A DNA stretch of 64,000 nucleotides from the NCBI RefSeq assembly GCF_006345805.1, contig NC_043022.1, forward strand, positions 5,394,001-5,458,000, in the 5' to 3' direction. This stretch comes from Octopus sinensis (lineage: Eukaryota). A program made the translations under genes and the position numbers. Positions within the stretch are counted from its first letter, which is position 1. Each line of letters opens with the position of its first letter. The notes beneath the pieces were generated by a model, which had not been told where the DNA came from, ran no database searches, and saw only the letters and a list, made by a program, of their open reading frames with translations. Shown one piece after another: positions 12,230 through 24,902 of the stretch.

Positions 12230-12669
12230 ATTTCTTTTATTGTTAGAGGCCACATGATGGCCAGAAATCAGTTGACCAAAACCAGGCACTGGCACCAGGA
12301 TCTTTGGCTCTCTATGGAGACTTTGACAAGCTCACACATGATTGGATTTCTTGACTGCATCTGCAGCAACAGGCACTTCACTGCACTTCATTGCATCTAC
12401 TACAATATGAGCTAAATGCACATTTGCACTGCACTTCACATGACTGCACCAACTCCAAATACACCAGATGCACATGCATGTACACACACTGCACTTCACA
12501 CCACTGCATCTACAACAATACACGGTGGGGTACACACACACACACACTGCACCCCCATACATACCCTGCTCCCCCTCAGTGCAAAGTAAGTGCGATAAAC
12601 CAAGGGAACAATATTTTGTATCTGAACCATATTGGAAAGATAAAGAAAAAAAAAGCTTTTAAAATCAAT

Positions 12670-13500
12670 AATGGTAGCGGTACTGGTAGTGATGGTTGCG
12701 GTGGTGGTATTGGTGGTACTAGTAGTGATGGTGGAACTGGTGGTGGTGTTGGTGGTGGTAGTGTCGGTGATAGTGCTGGTGGTGGTAGTTGTGGTGGTAC
12801 TGGTAGTAGTACTGGTACTGGTAGTGAAGGTTGTGGTGGTGGTGGTGGTGATGACAGTGGTAGTGGTACTGGTAGTGATGGTGGAACTGGTGGTGGTGGT
12901 GTGGTGGTGGTGGTGGTGGTAGTGGTAGTAGTGGCGGTGATAGTGCTGGTGGTGGTAGTTGTGGTGGTACTGGTAGTAGTACTGGTACTGGTAGTGAAGG
13001 TTGTGGTGGTGGTGGTGGTGATGACAGTGGTAGTGGTACTGGTAGTGATGGTGACACTGGTGGTGGTTGTGGTGGTGGTGGTGGTAGTGAAAGTAGTAGT
13101 AGTGTCAGTGATAGTGCTGGTGGTGGTGGCTAATGTAGTTGTGGTGGTACTGGTAGTGAAGGTTGTGGTGGTGGTGATGACAGTGGTAGTGGTACTGGTA
13201 GTGATGGTGACACTGGTGGTGGTAGTGGTAGTAGTAGTGTCAGTGATAGTGCTGGTGGTGGTGGTTGTGGTGGTACTGGTAGTAGTACTAGTACTGGTAG
13301 TGAAGGTGGTGGTGATGACAGTAGTAGTGGTACAGGCAGTGATGGCGGCACAGGTGGTGGTTGTGGTGGTGGTAGTGGTAGTAGTGGCGGTGATAGTGCT
13401 GGTTGTGGTGGTTAATGTAGTGGTGGTGGTGCTAGTGAAGGTGGTAGTGATGATGGTGGTGGTGGTTGCTGTGGTAGTGGTGGCAACGATGACAATGGCG
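12670..13500. repeat. (GGT/AGT)-rich minisatellite with ~135-170-bp higher-order unit
   Basis: gatagtgctggt recurs near 12769, 12939, 13110, 13245 and 13392. Confidence 0.9.
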
Positions 13501-14625
13501 ACAGAGACAATAAGTGATGATGATGATGGTTGAAGTTGATAATGATGTTGGTCAGAACGATGTCGATGTCGAGGAAGGTCGTGATGGTGGTGAGGATGAT
13601 GATGATGATGATGAAGGCAGTCATGAAAGTGGTGGTGGTGGTGGTGGTTATGATGGTGGCGAACAGTTTGATGAACCAAATGTGAAAGGGGGGGGGGACC
13701 CCTCCAAAACCGCCCCCCCTCCCCCAACCAGCTGGATTAACAATAGCAGCAATCACAGAATTTGTGAAAATAATTCCTCTGTAGAAGTCGCGATATATTT
13801 TGTTTGTTGGTTTCCACCACCACCGCCAGAACTACCACCACCACCATTGCCATAACGCTTTATCTGTCTTACAACATTACAGGTAGAAAGAGGTGGGGTT
13901 GGAGCCGGGGTGGGGAGGAGGAGTAAAATCAAGAATATATTCCACAGAGTGGAATGGTAGGAATCAAGCAAACAAATTTGATTGTCTGTGTGTGTGTGTG
14001 TAAATAGATGTGTGCACATATAATGTGTGTGTTTACGCATAAATACATACATATTAGCATATATATATATATATAATATATATATATACATACATATATA
14101 TATATATACACACACACATATATATTAATACCTACACACACCTATATACATATATATATATATTCACACACATGCATGCATGTATATATGTATATATATA
14201 AATATATATACACATATATACACACACATGCACATATATATATACACACATATATATACACACACATACACATATAAATACACATACACACACACACACA
14301 CCACATATACGCACGCGCACACACACACACACATAACACACACCATCGTCATCATTTTAACGTCCACTTTCCCGTGTTTGCAAGAATCAGTCAGAGTTTA
14401 CTGAGGCAGGTTTTCTACAACTGGATGCTCTTCCTATCACCAACCCTCACCTGATTCCAATCAAAGGTAATATCCCCCTATGGCTAGACATGTTCTTGCA
14501 GAATATTCTTTACTACTCTACGCACAAGGCCTGAAATTTTTGGAAAGGGAGCCAGTTGATTAGCTCAACCCCAGTACGAAACCGGTACTTATTTTATTGA
14601 ACTTGAAAAGATGAAAGGCAAAGTT

Positions 14626-14927
14626 CTGGGTTCAGTCCCACTGCGTGGCGTCTTGTCAGTGGATTTGGTAGATGGAAACTGAAAGAAGCCCGTCGTATAT
14701 ACGTATATGTATATATATGTGTGTGTGTATATGTTTGTCCCCCCAACATTGCTTAACAATCAATGCTGGTGTGTTTACGTCCCTGTAACTTAGCAGTTCA
14801 GCATTAAGAGACCGGTAGAATAAGTACTAGGCTTACAAAGAATAAGTCCTAGGGTTGATTTGCTCGACTAAAGGTGGTACTCCAGCATGGCCGCAGTCAA
14901 ATGACTGAAACAAGTAAAAGAGTAAAT
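14626..14927 (+). mobile_element. SINE family B, truncated and internally deleted
   Basis: gggttcagtcccactgcgtggc..tgactgaaacaagtaaaagag. Confidence 0.85.
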
Positions 14928-14970
14928 TCTCTTATCTATTGACATGTTTTCCCTTACAGATTCCAACAAA

Positions 14971-15360
14971 CAGGAGTGGCTGTGTGGTAAGTAGCTTCCG
15001 GGTTCAGTCCCACTGTGTGGCATCTTGGGCAAGTGTCTTCTGCTATAGCCCCGGGCTGACCAATGCCTTGTGAGTGGATTTGGTAGACGGAAACTGAAAG
15101 AAGCCTGTCGTATATATGTATATATATATATGTGTGTGCATATGTTTGTGTGTCTGTGTTTGTCCCCCTAGCATTGCTTGACAACCGATGCTGGTGTGTT
15201 TACGTCCCCGTCACTTAGCAGTTCGGCAAAAGAGAAACCGATAGAATAAGTACTGGGCTTACAAAGAATAAGTCCCGTAGTCGATTTGCTCGACTAAAGG
15301 CGGTGCTCCAGCATGGCTGCAGTCAAATGACTGAAACATGTAAAAAAGAGTAAAAAGAGT
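14971..15360 (+). mobile_element. SINE family B
   Basis: caggagtggctgtgtggtaag through the agtaaaaagag tail. Confidence 0.9.
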
Positions 15361-15374
15361 ATATATATATGTAT

Positions 15375-15662
15375 ATATGGTGGTTGTCTACACCTTATGC
15401 AGAGTCTGACCACCTCTTATATACCTTAGATCCATCGTGGCATCTGATGTGCCTTTTTAAACTAGACAACGTTCTGAAAAGACACCCACATAGATTGCAT
15501 ATCTGATTTGGACCACCAAGAGCTGCAGATAAGTTCTGGGTTTTTTTTTCTTAAAATGTCTTTTGAGGCCTCCTTTAGACTTACAGACCTTCTGCCATAC
15601 ATGGCATTGTAAGGTGTGCACAGATAGATAGGCAGAATAGTTTGTGGAGGTTCGTTTTCCAT
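15375..15662 (-). mobile_element. RTE-like LINE 3' end encoding two C2H2-type fingers
   Basis: LQCHVWQKVCKSKGGLKRH and QICNLCGCLFRTLSSLKRHIRCH, frameshifted, followed by a short UTR and microsatellite tail. Confidence 0.6.
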
Positions 15663-16607
15663 TGTGTGTGTGAGTGTGTGTATGCACATATGTATATATG
15701 TATATATATATATACACACACACACATATCTACACATACTTATTTACACAGGCTGTGATGATATATATATACACACACACATATATATAAATATATACAT
15801 ATATATAAATATATATATATACATATATATAGATATATACATAAATATACATATAAATATATACATAATATACATATAAATATATACACAATATATACAT
15901 ATATATATATATACAATATTACTACATATATATATATACATATATACATACATCTATTACATATATAAGTACATATAATATATATACATACATATAATAT
16001 TATATACATACATACATACATATATACATTATATACATATAATATATATATAACTCATATATACATATATATAGATATACATCATACATATATACATACA
16101 TACATATATACATACATACATAATATACATATATACATACATACATATATACATATATATATCATATATACATTATATATACATTATATATATATATATA
16201 ATACATACATACATATATACGTATATATATATACATATATATATATATATACACAATTGAGGGTAAAATAATTAATTAATCAATTTCACACCAAGTGTTC
16301 AGTATGTAAAAGGACCATTATAGGCGAATTCAAAAATATTCATTATATAATTAGGGCTTAGTAAAAATAAATTACTTTGCCACATACTGAACTAGTAGAA
16401 ATAGCAGCCAAAAAAAATTTTCTTTAGCATTTCTACTACTTAAAGAAATTTCTCTCAGGATGGATGAGAGAAATTTTCTTTAGTAGTAGAAATGCTAAGA
16501 AAGTTTTTTTTGGCTGCTATTTCTACTAAGTTCAGTATGTGGCAAAGTATTTATTTTACTAAGCCCTAATTATATAATATATAGATATATATATATATAT
16601 ATATACA

Positions 16608-16639
<32 letters not shown>

Positions 16640-17425
16640 CATACATACATATATACATATTAATACTAACATATATATATATACATATACATATATATTA
16701 TATTCTATATACATACATTTATACATATATTACATATATATATACTATATATATATATTATCATACATACATACATATATACATATATATAACATATATA
16801 TATATAGATATATACAATACATATATCATATAATATACATATATATATATATATATATACATATTATATATATATATACATACATACATATATACATATA
16901 TATATACATTATATATATTATATCACATACATACATATATACATATATATACATATCTATATCATACATATATACCTATATATATATATACATACATACA
17001 TATATATATACATAATAATATATATATATATATATATATACATACATACATATATACATACATACATACATATATATATATAATATACATACATACATAC
17101 TACATACATACATACATATATATTATATATATATATACACCTATACATACATATATATACATACATACATACATATATATATATACTATATATATATACA
17201 TACATATATATATATAATACATACATAATATATATATACATATATATAACATACATATATATACATACGTAATACATATATATACATACTACATATATAT
17301 ACATACATATATATACATACAATATATATACATCATAGATAGACATACATACATATATAGACATATATATATTAATATATATTATATATATATATATATA
17401 TCTATTATATGCACACACACACATG
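15663..17425. repeat. Large (TA)n/(TACA)n microsatellite field
   Basis: Directly visible. Interrupted by a unique island at ~16253-16578. Confidence 0.95.
16342..16578. repeat. Long inverted repeat (~115-bp arms, 9-nt spacer)
   Basis: attatataattagggcttagtaaaa...aaatttctctc aggatggat gagagaaatt...ttttactaagccctaattatataat. Confidence 0.95.
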
Positions 17426-17905
17426 TGGTTTGTGTGTGCACGTGTATATGTATTTCTGTACATACAAAGTAGGTGCACAGGTGCCTGTGTGGGAATTTTA
17501 TCAAAGAACTATCACTAAATTGCACCATTCCTTTCACTATTCTGTTGGCTTTCTGCATCCTGTTCCTGCAGCTACAAAATGGTTAGGAACGGATATAAAC
17601 ATAATGGAGATTGATGGCTTGTTTATTAACGCTCTCACATTTTTCCAAACTCTATGCGTATGTAAGTGCATTTTGCTTTCCTCATTCAGTAGTTTTGTAG
17701 CTTGCTGTGTGTATGTGTGTGTGTGTGTGTGTACATGTGTATTGTATGTATGTATATTAACGGTAATTATTATTGAAAGGAAAATGTGGAGAAAGGGAAG
17801 AATTTTATGAAGATATTGTTGTCAAAGTTGGGTTGGTGCTGTAAGGGGTAAAAAAAACTCATGAAGGGAGAAAAGATTGATGGAAAATGTTGTCTGGTGT
17901 ATTTA

Positions 17906-18290
17906 TCTCTCTCTATATAAACGGCAGTTTGTCTGTGTGTGTGTCTGTGTGTCTGTTAGGTTGTACCCTCACCCTGACCACGGCTTTCAACCGATTCTGA
18001 TGAAACTTGACACACACATAGCCCAATGTCATAATTCAAAACTAATGCAGCAAAAATTTTGAAAATTTCCCCCAGTTCTGAAAAAAATTGATAAATTCGA
18101 CATGGGGTCGAGAATCAGAAACACAAACCACAGACTGTCTAGGGGACGCAACTCGACCTTTTAACTCTCAAAAAAAAATTTACCATCATTTTTTTTTTCA
18201 TTTCTTTGCTATTTTTTGGCTATAACTCTCTAAAAATGCTTTATAGTTATTTCCCTTACAAACCCGAGCAACGCCGGGTGATACTGCTAG
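17906..18290 (+). mobile_element. Complete non-autonomous Helitron
   Basis: A|TC 5' end, 3' GC-rich hairpin cccgagcaacgccggg about 12 nt before CTAG|T, no TSD, internal ccgattctgatgaaactt. Confidence 0.85.
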
Positions 18291-18304
18291 TAGCTTATAA
18301 ATCA

Positions 18305-18635
18305 GCCGAATTGTATAACTGGAGCTCCATCGGTTACCATGACGAAGATTTTAGTTGACTCAGTCAGCAGAACAGCATGCTCATGCAAGTGGCTGAGTAC
18401 TCCAAACACACATGTACTCTTAATGTAGGTTTTAAGGAGGTTCAGCTTGACACAGAATGTGACAAGGCTGGACCTTGGAATTACTTCTACAACTCGCTTT
18501 TTTTTTTTTTGCCAGCTGAGTGGAGTAGAGCAATGGGGAATGAAGTTTCTTGCTCAAGAACACAGTACACTGCTGGGAATTGAACTCACAACCTTACAAT
18601 CAGGAACCAAACACCCAAAACACTAAACCCAAGCC
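18305..18635 (-). mobile_element. SINE family F
   Basis: Reverse complement of 41729-42008 (caagtggctgagtactcca; gacaaggctgg; tcttgctcaagaacaca). Confidence 0.75.
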
Positions 18636-18659
18636 ATTTCCTTTCACAATATAGTCTTC

Positions 18660-19010
18660 CTTTTATTCTTTTGTTTCAGTCATCTGATTGCAGCCATGCT
18701 GGAGCACCACCTTTAGTTGAACGAATCGACCCAAGGACTTATTCTATCGGTCTCTTTTTGCCAAACTGCTAAGTTACAGGGACGTAAACACACCAACATT
18801 GGTTGTCAAGTGTTGGTGGGGGTACAGACACACAAACACATATATATATATATATATAATGGGCTTCTCAGTTTCCGTCTACCAAATCCACTCACAGGGT
18901 TTGGTCGGCCCAAGGCTATAGTAGAAGACATTTGCCCAAAGTGCCACGCAGTGGGACTGAACCCAGAACCATGTGGCTGGGAAGCAAGCTTCTTACCACA
19001 CAGCCATACC
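18660..19010 (-). mobile_element. SINE family B
   Basis: Colinear with 4681-5089. Confidence 0.85.
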
Positions 19011-19233
19011 ATTTTCTAGAGAACATATGATTCTGCCAGCTCACTGACTTCTCAAGAGTTAATACATGTTTCAAATTTTAGCACAAGGCCAACAATTTTA
19101 GGGGGAATGCGTGAGTCAATTACAGTGACCTCCAGGGCTCAGCCAGTAATTATTTCCTCAGCCCCAAAGGAATGAAAGGTAAAGTTGACCTTGGTGGAAT
19201 TTGAACTCAAAACATAAAGACAGACAAAATAAC

Positions 19234-19463
19234 TATTTCTTTATTACCCACAAGGGGCTAAACACAGGGGGGACAAACAAGGACAGACAAAGGGATTAAG
19301 TTGATTACATCGACCCCAGTGCGTAACTGGTACTTAATTTATCGACCCCGAAAGGATGAAAGGCAAAGTCGACTTCGGCGGAATTTGAACTCAGAACGTA
19401 ACGCAGACGAAATACCGCTAAGCATTTCACCCGGCGTGCTAACGTTTCTGCCAGCTCGCCGCC
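19234..19463 (-). mobile_element. Young SINE family C nested in an older family C copy (~19072-19530)
   Basis: TSD agacagacaaaata at 19218-19231 and 19466-19479. The flanks join into a family C sequence. Confidence 0.9.
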
Positions 19464-20289
19464 TTAGACAGACAAAATACCGCTATGCATTTTGCCCAGC
19501 ATTCTAACGATTCTGTCAGTTTGCCGCCTTAACCATTTGGAGTGTTGGCTTTTGATTGTAGTCACCATGATGTGTTGGAATTTGATGCTAAGATGTTCAA
19601 AATAATATCTCCAATGCACGCACACACACACACACACGCACACATATACACACACGCACACACACACACATACACACACACCACACACACACACACACAC
19701 ACCACACACACACACGCACACACACACACACATACACACACACATTTTAGATGAAAGCTTAAAATAAAGTAAATTTGAATAAATGAAATTAAATGATTTC
19801 CGCTCTCTAAAGAATTTTCAGATATTCCAGTTTTGAAAAACAAATTCTAAATTATAATAGATTGTAATTAATTTCATGAGAGCTAATTAGCAGTAGACAA
19901 ACAGAGATGTTTTAACGATGGCATATACGGAGCAGCCTGTCTCACACTAAATATATTTCAACTAAACACGAACAGACGTATCAAGGTGGCAATGTGTCTT
20001 AGGTTCTCGTCTGTCTTTACATTCAGAGTTCAAATTCCGCCAAGGTCGGCTTTGCCTTTCATCGTTTCAGGGTCGATAAATTAAGTACCAGTTGCGCACT
20101 GGGGTTAATCTAATCAACTGGCCCCCTCCCCAAACTTTCAGGCCTTGTGCCTAGAGCAGAAAAGAATATATCTTAGTTTCATGGTTTTCATTAAAAACTT
20201 TAACCAATTCCAAGAACAAAAGCATTATCATGATTTAACATCCGTCTTCCATGCTGGCATTGGTTGGACGGTTTGACAGGAGCTGACCT

Positions 20290-20501
20290 ACTCTTTACTC
20301 TTTTACTTGTTTCAGTCATTTGACTGCGGCCATGCTGGAGCACCGCCTTTAGTCGAGCAAATCGACCCCGGGACTTATTCTTTGTAAGCCCAGTACTTAT
20401 TCTATCGGTCTCTTTTTGCCGAACCGCTAAGTGATGGTGACATAAACACACCAGCATTGGTTGTCAAGCAATGCTAGGGGGACAAACACAGACACACAAA
20501 C

Positions 20502-20549
<48 letters not shown>

Positions 20550-20706
20550 GACAGGCTTCTTTCAGTTTCCGTCTACCAAATCCACTCACAAGGCATTGGT
20601 CGGCCCGGGGCTATAGCAGAAGACACTTGCCCAAGATGCCACGCAGTGGGACTGAACCCGGAACCATGTGGTTGGTTAGCAAGCTACTTACCACACAGCC
20701 ACTCCT
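20290..20706 (-). mobile_element. SINE family B nested in an RTE-3'UTR-like copy (~20226-20815)
   Basis: Full-length B copy with ctgacc on both sides. The host sequence resumes after it. Confidence 0.85.
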
Positions 20707-21298
20707 GACCAGGCAGGAGACTACACCAATCTTGTGTGTCTGTTTTGGATGTCCTTCCTAACACCAACCACCCAGCAGGGTGGACAGAGTGCTTTTTATG
20801 TGGCACCAGCACAGGGGGAGGAAATTCTGAGAGCAAAATCATTTGAAAAGAATAAGCCTTCTAAAGACACTTCTTGTTGTTGTGGAGCACATCACACCTC
20901 CAACTGATTATATCTAATCAACTGTTCCAACCATGACCATCCTGTCTATTTTAAGGTATTCATGACCACATTATCTAAAATAACCTTCCAGTTTTCTTTT
21001 TAGATAATTGATGTGATTTGAGGGTAATTTGGCTGCTATTTCTAGGTGATTGAATGACTGCTAGATGCTTTGCTTTCTTGTAGCTCTTTTATGCTTTTCT
21101 TGCTTCAGACATTAGTCTGTGGCCATACTGGGGCACCATCTAAAAGAGTTTTAGCTGAGTGAATCAATCTCAGTGCTTATTTTATCAGTCTCCTTTGCTG
21201 AATTGCTAGCTTACGGGGATGTAAACACACCAACACCAATTGTTAAGTGGTGGTGGGGAACAAACTCAGATATACACACAAATATATACACATACATA

Positions 21299-21473
21299 GG
21301 TGCAGGAGTGGCTGTGTGGTAAGTAGCTTGCTTGCCTACCACACGGTTCCGGGTTCTGTCCCACTGCATGGCACCTTGGGCAAGTGTCTTCTACTATTGC
21401 CTCGGGCCAACCAAAGCCTTGTGAGTGGATTTTGTAGGCAGAAACTGAAAGAAGCCCATCGTGTGTGTGGTGT

Positions 21474-21506
<33 letters not shown>

Positions 21507-21554
21507 TAAATATAAATATAATATATATATATATATACATATATATAAATATAA

Positions 21555-21648
<94 letters not shown>

Positions 21649-21653
21649 ACATA

Positions 21654-21689
<36 letters not shown>

Positions 21690-21773
21690 CAATATATATA
21701 TTATATATATACATATATAATTATATATAATACATATATATATATATATACATATATATAATATATACACATA

Positions 21774-21824
<51 letters not shown>

Positions 21825-21996
21825 ATATATATATATATACATATATACATATATATACATATATACATATATATACATATATACATATTACACATATAAC
21901 ATATATACACATATATACACATATATACACATATATACACATATACACACATATATACACATATACACATATATACACATATATATACATATATAT

Positions 21997-22058
<62 letters not shown>

Positions 22059-22083
22059 GTATGTATGTATGTATGTATATATA
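21299..22083 (+). mobile_element. SINE family B 5' half whose internal microsatellite has expanded to ~600 bp
   Basis: ggtgcaggagtggctgtg..gaagcccatcg, then (TA)n/(TACACA)n. Confidence 0.8.
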
Positions 22084-22739
22084 GTTGAAAAAATTCATTA
22101 TAGGTATAAAGATACCATAAACAAGTATAAAAATGGAGAAAATATGTCAAAATCAAAATTGGATTTAATACATATGTACATTTCGAAAACAATACAAATA
22201 TGTTAGAAAAAAAAAATATAATAATAATAATTAAAGTTATGCATTGTCATTCTCATCAGTGTGAAGAATTTTAGGAAGAACATCAAGAAAGATATTTATA
22301 AAAACCAAGAAGGAAAACCAGATGGGGTTAAAGGGAAAAATTTTACCAGATATTTACAAACAAGTTGTAAGAGAGACGAAAATGAAAGACCTATCAATGT
22401 GTATGCAAGTCTATTTGTGCAAAATCTATAACTTAAAAAGTCTAATGGATATATTTAAAAAATAGTAAAAGATCAAGACGAAACATAATGTAAACAAAAA
22501 CACGTTTGTCTAGCAGATATAAATAACACGTTCACTAACAGAAAAAAGCCATAGAGAGTCAGATGTATACATATTCGTATTGAAAGCGAAAAAAATATAT
22601 TACAAGAAGCTTCTAACTAAATAACAAAATTATATTTTAAAATTGATTCAATATTTGAATAGTTATGGGCATCAAGCAATGAAATAACCAAAAACCTAAC
22701 ACAGAAAAGACGACCATCATAACAACAACACACACCACT

Positions 22740-23035
22740 ACATCATCATCATCATCATCATCATTTAGCATCCGTTTTCCATGCTAGCATGGGTTGGATG
22801 GTTCAACTGGGGTCTGTGAAGCCAGAAGGCTTCATCAGGCCCAGTCAGATTTGGCAGTGTTTCTACGACTGGATGCCCTTCCTAACGCCAACCACTCCGT
22901 GAGTGTAGTGGGTGCTTTTTACGTGCCACCTGCACAGGTGCCAGACAGAGCTGGCAAACGGCCATGAACAGATGGTGTTTTTACGTGCCACCGGCACGGG
23001 GCCAGGCGAGGCTGGCAACGGACACGAACGGACAC
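22740..23035 (-). mobile_element. RTE LINE 3' UTR copy (family E)
   Basis: (CAT)n followed by the reverse complement of 24700-24900. Confidence 0.85.
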
Positions 23036-23366
23036 TACAGTATGTATATATATGTATGTGTGTGTGTGTTTGTGTGTGTATGTCTCCCCACCATTGCTTG
23101 GCAACTGATGCTTGTGTGTTTATGTGCCCGTAACTTAGGGATTTGGCAAAAGGGTCTGATAGAATAAGTACTGGGTTTACAAAGAATAACTCCTAGAGTT
23201 GATTTGCTCGACTACAGGTGGTGCCCCAGCATGGCCACAGTCAAATGACTGAAACAGGTAAATGAAAATATATGAATCAAAACAGTTTGGTTCAAACTCT
23301 TTGAGACTCCGAGATTCATGAGTCGAATTCAAAATGGCAGAAGATTAGCATCATGTTATATATTAG

Positions 23367-23695
23367 TCTTTTACTCTTTTACTCGTTTCAGTCATTTGAC
23401 CGTGGCCATGCTGGAGCACCGCCTTTAATCGAACAGATCGACCACATGACTTATTCTTTGTAAATTTAGTACTTATTCTAGCGGTCTCTTTTGCTGTACC
23501 GCTAAGTTACAACAACGTCAACAAACCAACATTGTTTGCCAAGCAATAGTCGGGGAACAAACACAGACACGCAAATACATATATATATTCATAGTGGGCA
23601 CCTTTCAGTTTCTGTCTACCAAATCCACTCACAAGGCTTTGGTCGGCCCAAGGCTGTAGTAGAAGACACCTGCCCAAGATATCACACTCCTGTGC
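23367..23695 (-). mobile_element. SINE family B
   Basis: Colinear with the consensus, with a head deletion. Confidence 0.8.
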
Positions 23696-23746
23696 TTATA
23701 TATATATATATATATATATATATGTCAGTGTGCACACATGACAAAG

Positions 23747-24902
23747 TGTAAGTGCCCTGAGAGAAATGGTAGACATAAGAAGCATTGGTTGTGGAGTGCA
23801 AAAGAGACGTTTGCATTGGTATGGTCAAGTACTGCAGATGGACAAGGAGACCTGTGTGAAGAAGTGCCACTCCCAAACAGTGGAGGGAATCCAGGGTAGT
23901 GGAAGACTCAGGAAAACATGGGATGAGGTGGTGAAGCTTGACCTTCAAAAGTTGGGCCTCACAGAAGCAATGACAAAAGAGCGAGACCTCTGTAGGTATG
24001 CTGTGACTGAGAAGACCTGGCAAATAAAATGAGCCCACAGCTGTAACCTACACCAGTGTTGCATAACCAGCCCACTCAAAAGTACGTTGGATCACAGGGC
24101 GATATGCTGTATTTGAGATCTATTGAGTCAAGTACATCAACATCAGCAATATCAAAATCAAATCAAATGACAATTGCAGTTGTGAACCCCGTACCAGTAG
24201 CACGTAAAAACCACCAACCAAACATGGCCGATGCCAGTGCCGCCTTGACTGGCTTCCATGCTGGTGGCACATAAAACGCACCATCCAATCGTGGTCATTG
24301 CCAGCTCCACTGGCCCCTTGTGCCAGTAGCACGTAAAAAGCACCAACTGAACATGGCCGATGCCAGTGCCACCTTGACTAGATTCCATGCTGGTGGCACA
24401 TAAAATGCACCATCCAATCGTGGTCGTTGCCAGCTCCACTGGCCCCTTGTGCCGGTAGCACGTAAAAAGCACCAACTGAACATGGCCGATGCCAGTGCCA
24501 CCTTGACTGGCTTCCATGCTGGTGGCACATAAAATGCACCATCCAATCGTGGTCGTTGCCAGCTCCACTGGCCCCTTGTGCCGGTGGCACGTAAAAAGCA
24601 CCAACCGAACATGGCCGATGCCAGTGCCACCTTGACTGGCTTCCATGCTGGTGGCACATAAAATGCACCATCCAATCGTGGTCGTTGCCAGCTCCACTGG
24701 CCCCTTGTGCCGGTGGCACGTAAAAAGCACCCACTACACTCTCAGAGTGGTTGGCGTTAGGAAGGGCATCTAGCTGTAGAAACACTGCCAGATCAGATTG
24801 GGGCCTGGTGCAGCCTCCTGGCTTCCCCAGACTCCAGTTGAACCGTCCAACCCATGCCAGCATGGAAAACGGACGCATGATGATGATAATGATGATGATG
24901 AT
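23747..24902 (+). mobile_element. RTE-clade LINE 3' end: ORF C-terminus plus 3' UTR with tandem array and (GAT)n tail (family E master fragment)
   Basis: KRRLHWYGQVLQMD..VEGIQGSGRLRKTWDEVVKLDL..ERDLCR matches the RTE RLRWxGH..GxRxRGRPxKTW..DR..WR motif. 120-bp tandem units at ~24190-24730. Confidence 0.85.

Noticed and set aside
12391-13727. 380-aa Val/Gly-rich and Thr/Pro-rich mucin-like ORFs (also 30029-30939)
   Set aside because: Stop-free frames of GGT minisatellites on both strands, with no domain or splice support.
15664-22192. YI/CV/HT-repeat ORFs here and throughout the window
   Set aside because: Dinucleotide microsatellite translations.
22085-22680. AT-rich island as a Penelope or other ORF remnant
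   Set aside because: No recognisable motif in the frames I could read; left unclassified.
24190-24730. CRISPR array (palindromic repeat with regular spacing)
   Set aside because: Intervening sequences are themselves repeated, and the array lies in a LINE 3' UTR of a eukaryote.
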